Below the pieces are notes generated by a model. The model saw only the letters and a program-made list of their open reading frames with translations. It made no database searches and was not told the origin of the DNA. Positions 59,255-64,000 of a DNA stretch of 64,000 bases are shown piece by piece (positions within the stretch are counted from its first letter, which is position 1; each line of letters opens with the position of its first letter). Source of the DNA: an uncultured bacterium (GTDB lineage Bacteria; Planctomycetota; UBA1135; GCA-002686595); NCBI GenBank assembly GCA_943787795.1, contig CALSNU010000001.1, positions 1 to 64,000 on the forward strand. The letters are read 5' to 3'. Position numbers and translations under genes: made by a program.

Positions 59255-59845
59255 CTAGCTCGCCAACCTTCCGAAGGCTTGCAGCGCTGCGTCGGCCGCG
59301 GCGCGGGCGCGGGGGAGCTCCTCGCGGCCCTCGTCGCCGTGGCCGTCGGCGGCCATGCTCCAGGCCCGGTTGAGGAGCCGCTCGCAGGTGGCGAAGTGGC
59401 TCCACACCGAGGCGTAGGCGTCGAAGCCCACCGAGGCCGCGAACTCATCGCTCTGGCTCCCCAGCTCGAAGAGCACGCCGCCGCGCAGCTCGTCGATCTC
59501 ACGGATGAGGTCGGCGTCCGCGGGGCGGGTCTCGTCGAGGTGTACGACGGCCTGGCGGACCGCGTTGAGGTGCTCGCGGATGGAGGCGAGCCCGTCCTGG
59601 TGAGCGGCGCCACCTGACCTGCGGCTCATCTTCGACACGAGGCCGCCGGCGATGAGCGCCGCGAGGCCAGCCCCGAGCAGCGTCCAGGCCAGCGGTTCGG
59701 TGGGCCCGAGGTCTTCGGCAGCGGCACCGCCGTCCACCATGGCCTTACCGTTGGCCGAGTCGGCGGGTGAGTGAAAACCCGTGGCGCCGATGGTGGCGAC
59801 GACGAACCCGACCAGGACGAGCGCTTGAGAGATCTTCTGCTGCAT
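59255..59845 (-). CDS. Hypothetical membrane protein
   Basis: Two hydrophobic segments then a helical domain (FATCERLLNRAWSMAADGH); directly downstream of the OPT gene. Confidence 0.75.
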   Translation of the reverse strand: MQQKISQALVLVGFVVATIGATGFHSPADSANGKAMVDGGAAAEDLGPTEPLAWTLLGAGLAALIAGGLVSKMSRRSGGAAHQDGLASIREHLNAVRQAVVHLDETRPADADLIREIDELRGGVLFELGSQSDEFAASVGFDAYASVWSHFATCERLLNRAWSMAADGHGDEGREELPRARAAADAALQAFGRLAS

Positions 59846-59858
59846 GGTGGTCTCGGGA

Positions 59859-61730
59859 TCAGAGGGTGCCGGCGACCTTGACGACCGCGTTGGTGATGTT
59901 GACCAGGGCGTCGCCCACGATGAGGCCCGCGGCCAGCGGGACGCCCTTGTCCTCGACGAAGCGCGGCCCCTTGCTCTTCGTGACGAAGATGCTGATCAAC
60001 CCGCCGAGCCCGAAGACGATCATGTACTTGAAGGGCAGGTACAGGGACAGGCCGATCATGACGCCCATGCCGGGTGAGACCAGGAGGGAGACCACCAGGC
60101 CGAGCAGCGCACCGGTGAGGTACTTGCCCACGGGGACGTCGCCTGACTGGACGATGTCAATCGCGGCCTGGAGAGCCCCCGCCTGGGGCGCACCAAGGAG
60201 CGGGATCCCCTCGGCGAGCTGCTCGGCGGATCCGCCGCTCGCGGCGTATTGCACCTCGGTCCCGGCGGCGACCGCGCGGTCCCACATGATCTGCGCCTGA
60301 TCGGGGCCGAAGGCGTAGGCGTTCCAGAGCACAAAGACCACCAGGAGGGAGACGCCGGGTCCGATCCAGCACGTGGCGATCTGCGCGATCTGCTGCTTCA
60401 GCGGGCGTCCGCCCACGAGGTAGCCCGTCTTGAGGTCCGCCATCATGTCGGCGCACATGGACGTCGCCACGCAGACCGCGGCGCCCAGCGTGACCGCCGG
60501 GATGATGGAGCTGACCTCGCTCGGGCCGAGGATGCCCATCAGGATCGCGATGGCGATGAGGGAGAGGCCTGAGAGGGGGGACCAGTCCGTACGCCCCGTG
60601 GTCTGCGCCACCACGAGGCTGGCGAGCCAGAGCCAGGTGATGCCGGCGACCGTGACCAGACCCGCCTCGAACCAGCTGACGTCGTCGCCGCCGGAGAGCT
60701 TCGCGGCGGCAAAGAAAAGGCCGCCGCCGATCAGGGTGCCGGTGCCGACGATGTTCATGGACACCTCCTCTCGTCGCCCGCCGGCCTCCTCGCCGCCGCC
60801 GCGGAGGCTGGCGAGTGCGGCCTTGAGCGCAGGCAGCGCGATCATGATTCCGGCGATCGCGCCGCCGAGGATCATGCCGATCCCCACCTTGTTCGCGGTG
60901 AAGTTGCGGAAGCCGTTGGCGAGGGCGTCTGCGTCCATGTAGTCACTGGAGCCTCTGCCGAAGACGTCGAACGCGGCATATTGCGGCTCCACCCAGCCGA
61001 GCCAGACGCACGCGGGGATCAGGACCCAGAAGTTCAGGATCGTGCCGTACAGGATCGCGAGGCCAGGGCGGCCCGCGATGAAGCCAGCGCCGAGCGAGAG
61101 CAGGCTCGCGGCGAAAACCAGCCGGATCCCTGCGGGTAGGCCGAGGAGCTCGCCCACGTGGAAGGAGTCGCTGATGACCGCGCCGGAACCGTTCCAATCC
61201 AGCGTCAGGCCGGTGAAGACCGCGGCGACCACGATGCCGATGGTGAGGAGCCGCGCCTTCTCGATACCGGCGCCGGGGGAGCGGAGGATCGTCCCCACGG
61301 CGATGGCGGAGGGGAAGCGCAGGCGCTCCAGGTCGATGATCTGCCGGCGCAGCGGGATGATCATCACCACGCCGAGGAGCGAGCCCGCGACACCGGCCAT
61401 CACCACCGCCGTCCAGTCAACGCTGTCACTCAGGCGCGCACCGTTCCGCTCCAGCAGGAACAGCACCGGGATGGTGAAGATGATCCCGGAGTTCACCGTG
61501 TTCACGGACGAGGCGATCGTCTGGAAGACGTTGACCTCGAGGATCGACCCCTGGCGCAGGATGCCGCGCAGGATGCCGAAGCCGATGATGGCGCCGACGG
61601 TGGATCCGACGATGGTGAAGCCGATCTGCAGGCCGGCGAACACGATGCCCATGTTGAGCACGAGTCCGACAAGCACGCCGCCGATCAGCGCCTGGGGGGT
61701 GAGCTCTCGATAGGTGCCTCGAGGTGTCAC
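59859..61730 (-). CDS. OPT/YSL-family oligopeptide transporter
   Basis: YRELT, ILEVNVFQTIAS, IPLRRQII..LRFPS, DMMADLKTGYLVG..PLKQQ, APQA, AAGLIVGD. Confidence 0.92.
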   Translation of the reverse strand: MTPRGTYRELTPQALIGGVLVGLVLNMGIVFAGLQIGFTIVGSTVGAIIGFGILRGILRQGSILEVNVFQTIASSVNTVNSGIIFTIPVLFLLERNGARLSDSVDWTAVVMAGVAGSLLGVVMIIPLRRQIIDLERLRFPSAIAVGTILRSPGAGIEKARLLTIGIVVAAVFTGLTLDWNGSGAVISDSFHVGELLGLPAGIRLVFAASLLSLGAGFIAGRPGLAILYGTILNFWVLIPACVWLGWVEPQYAAFDVFGRGSSDYMDADALANGFRNFTANKVGIGMILGGAIAGIMIALPALKAALASLRGGGEEAGGRREEVSMNIVGTGTLIGGGLFFAAAKLSGGDDVSWFEAGLVTVAGITWLWLASLVVAQTTGRTDWSPLSGLSLIAIAILMGILGPSEVSSIIPAVTLGAAVCVATSMCADMMADLKTGYLVGGRPLKQQIAQIATCWIGPGVSLLVVFVLWNAYAFGPDQAQIMWDRAVAAGTEVQYAASGGSAEQLAEGIPLLGAPQAGALQAAIDIVQSGDVPVGKYLTGALLGLVVSLLVSPGMGVMIGLSLYLPFKYMIVFGLGGLISIFVTKSKGPRFVEDKGVPLAAGLIVGDALVNITNAVVKVAGTL

Positions 61731-62049
61731 GCGCTGCTCCGTGGTAAGGGGGGGAAGGGACCGGCGCCAGCATGCACGATCGGCGAGGCTGGCGCACGGT
61801 CGCTGTGATGCTCTTCGAAGGTCCTTGCGCCGCGGGCGACGGGACGGGGCCCAGATCGCCCGGAGCGCTCGTCGGGAGCGCGCGGCGACGAAATGGGTCC
61901 TCTGGCGGGTCCATGGCTCGGGGCCGCATCTCGTCTGCGAGGGATCCGCGTGGCGGCGCGGGGACCGCTGTCCTTCCCGCGCCCGGCGTGATGCCTGCGG
62001 CGCCGTTTCGACATGGCGCTCGATCCGGCAGGCGAGTACACCGGGACCC

Positions 62050-62985
62050 ATGATTCGCCCTCTCGGCCTCTCCGCTCTCCTCGTTCTCGCCGTCTCCTGC
62101 AGCAGCACTCCCGTGGCGCCGTCGCCGGGAGAGGTCTTCGTGGAGGGGTCCCTCCAGAACCTGGCGACGGGGCTGGGGTTCACCGAGGGGCCGGTGTGGC
62201 TCCCCGCGGATGAGCGTCTCATCTTCAGCGACATCCCTGCCGCGCAGCTCATGGCGTGGAGCGAAGCGGACGGACTCTCCGTCTTCCGCGAGTCCCCCAA
62301 GCCCAACGGCAATCTGCTCGACAACGAAGGGCGCCTGCTCACCTGTCGCCACGGCGCCCGCGACGTGGTGCGTACAGAACTGGACGGATCCATCACCGTG
62401 CTCGCCACCGGTTGGGACTCCAAGCGCTTCAACTCTCCGAACGATCTGGCGGTCGACGGCTCGGGCGCGCTCTGGTTCACCGACCCGCCCTGGGGCCTGC
62501 CGGATCAACGGGACGGCCGCGAGATCGAGGTGAACGGCGTCTATCGGCTCGACGTGGAGACCGGCGTCGTCGTGCAGGTGTCAACGACCCACGCGATGCC
62601 CAACGGGATCGCTCTCTCGCCCGACGGGGACGCTCTCTATGTCACGGACACAGGAGGACACCCCGCTCACCCGGACGAGGCCATGCGACGCTCGGAGGGG
62701 AACGTGACCTGCTACGCGGTCGGAGACGACGGTTCGCTGGCGGTGAGGTGGCAGGCGCCGGTGATCAGCGACGGCATCGCGGTGGACGAATTCGGCCGTG
62801 TTTACACGACGACCGGGCAGGGGGTCGTCGTGCTCGACCCCGCGGACGGCGAGGTCGTCACGACGCTTGAGCTCCCCGAGCAGCCGGCAAACTGCTGCTT
62901 CGGTGATGCGGATGACCGCACGCTCTTCATCACGGCGCGCACTGGCCTCTACAGCGTCCGAACGGGTGCGGCCGGCGCCCGCTAA
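62050..62985 (+). CDS. SMP-30/gluconolactonase-family lipoprotein
   Basis: Lipobox AVSC; FTEGPVW, FNSPND, WFTDP, PNGIALSPD, DGIAVD, PANCCFG. Confidence 0.92.
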   Translation: MIRPLGLSALLVLAVSCSSTPVAPSPGEVFVEGSLQNLATGLGFTEGPVWLPADERLIFSDIPAAQLMAWSEADGLSVFRESPKPNGNLLDNEGRLLTCRHGARDVVRTELDGSITVLATGWDSKRFNSPNDLAVDGSGALWFTDPPWGLPDQRDGREIEVNGVYRLDVETGVVVQVSTTHAMPNGIALSPDGDALYVTDTGGHPAHPDEAMRRSEGNVTCYAVGDDGSLAVRWQAPVISDGIAVDEFGRVYTTTGQGVVVLDPADGEVVTTLELPEQPANCCFGDADDRTLFITARTGLYSVRTGAAGAR

Positions 62986-63003
62986 GGTCTGGGGATCGGC
63001 CGT

Positions 63004-63825
63004 CTAGCCGCCGACCGTGGAGCGCAGGAAGCGCTCCACGCGCTCGCTGACCTCGGATTGGAAGAGGACTCCGGGGCTGTTGTGTCCGCCTTCGCCCTGG
63101 ATCCACTCCGCGCGCGTGCTGGCAGCCTCGGCGAGGGCTGTCCCCATCGCGATCGGGATCAGCTCGTCGTCGGGCGAGTGGGCGACAGCGAGGGGGACGG
63201 TGACCCCGTCGACCTTCGCCAGGTTGTCGTACTTGATGCCGGGGAGCCAGCGCAGCGGGATCCAGGGATAGAGGAGCTCCGCCATGTCCGGGACCGAGGT
63301 GAAGGTGCTCTCGAGGAACAGCCCGGCCACGGGTTGGCGCAAGGCGAGCTCAAGGGCGATGGCGCCGCCGAGCGAGCGGCCGTAGGAGACGACCTTTGAA
63401 GGGTCAAAACCCCCAGCGGTGGTGACCCAACGATAGGCGGCCTCCGCGTCGAGGTAGGTGCCCTCCTCGTCGGGGGACCCCGTGCTCGCGCCGTAGCCCC
63501 TGTAGTCATAGAGCAGGACCGAGAAACCCATGGCGACCAGCGCCCGTGCTGATCCGCCCCGACCCTCGATGTTGCCGGCATTGCCGTGGCTGAAGACGAC
63601 CGCGCCGACGGCCTCCGGCGCGGGCAGGAACCAGGCGCTCAGGGTCTCCCCGTCCCTGGTCTCGATCGAGATCGACTGGCCCGGAAGACCCAGTTCCTGC
63701 GGCGTCCGCGATGGCGGCGGGCCGGGGAAGTAGATGAGCCTCGGTTGGAGCACGAGGACCGCCACGAGGCAGACGAGGTAGATGGCCGCGAGTCCACCCG
63801 TGATCCGCAGGAGCCGGCGAGGCAT
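63004..63825 (-). CDS. Alpha/beta hydrolase (ABHD13/YfhR-like)
   Basis: HGNAGN, DYRGYGASTG, GRSLGG, DELIP, GGHN. Confidence 0.92.
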   Translation of the reverse strand: MPRRLLRITGGLAAIYLVCLVAVLVLQPRLIYFPGPPPSRTPQELGLPGQSISIETRDGETLSAWFLPAPEAVGAVVFSHGNAGNIEGRGGSARALVAMGFSVLLYDYRGYGASTGSPDEEGTYLDAEAAYRWVTTAGGFDPSKVVSYGRSLGGAIALELALRQPVAGLFLESTFTSVPDMAELLYPWIPLRWLPGIKYDNLAKVDGVTVPLAVAHSPDDELIPIAMGTALAEAASTRAEWIQGEGGHNSPGVLFQSEVSERVERFLRSTVGG

Positions 63826-63829
63826 GGAG

Positions 63830-64000
63830 TTAGCGAGGCTCCTGGCGCCCGAGGTTGTAGCCGAGGCCCCTGAGCTTGCGTTCGAGCTCCTCGGAGAGCG
63901 GCGCAGTGTTCGACGGCCGGCGGAGCTTCGAGAACTCGGAGGCCACCTGGTCAACGTCCTTGGGCGCGGCGGCCTCAGGGGGCGACGCAGCGTCGAAGGC
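63830..64000 (-). CDS. 3' end of a gene cut by the window edge (possibly sulfatase-like)
   Basis: Open frame ...LSEELERKLRGLGYNLGRQEPR*; LxxLGY tails are common in sulfatase-like proteins. Confidence 0.5.
   Translation of the reverse strand, partial: AFDAASPPEAAAPKDVDQVASEFSKLRRPSNTAPLSEELERKLRGLGYNLGRQEPR

Overview
GC-rich (roughly 70% by eye), gene-dense bacterial DNA. Gene content suggests a Planctomycetota genome, possibly a long-read assembly; both are inferences. No rRNA, tRNA, CRISPR array or transposase was recognised. Housekeeping and envelope genes include a Leu/Phe/Val dehydrogenase, acpH, an RluA-type synthase, mutS, lpoB, pckA, manA, several peptidases, an OPT transporter and outer-membrane proteins. 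The main find is an eight-gene, translationally coupled minus-strand operon at 43942-54705. It encodes a fatty-acid desaturase, a CDP-archaeol-synthase (CarS)-like protein, a PEP-utilising dikinase, a minimal UbiA-like transferase, a SAM methyltransferase, a PlsC-type acyltransferase, a fatty acyl-AMP ligase and an ACP/thioester-reductase/kinase fusion. This could be an undescribed ether-lipid pathway that uses archaeal-type chemistry (activated alkyl diphosphate, UbiA transfer, CarS activation) on fatty-acid-derived chains. Other notable items: an archaeal/eukaryotic type-2 methionine aminopeptidase, a ~2150-aa secreted macroglobulin-like protein, an atypical kinase, a pseudokinase, a stand-alone HEPN-like gene, a highly structured intergenic region at 22250-22790, many short tandem repeats, and three single-base frameshifts that are probably sequencing errors.
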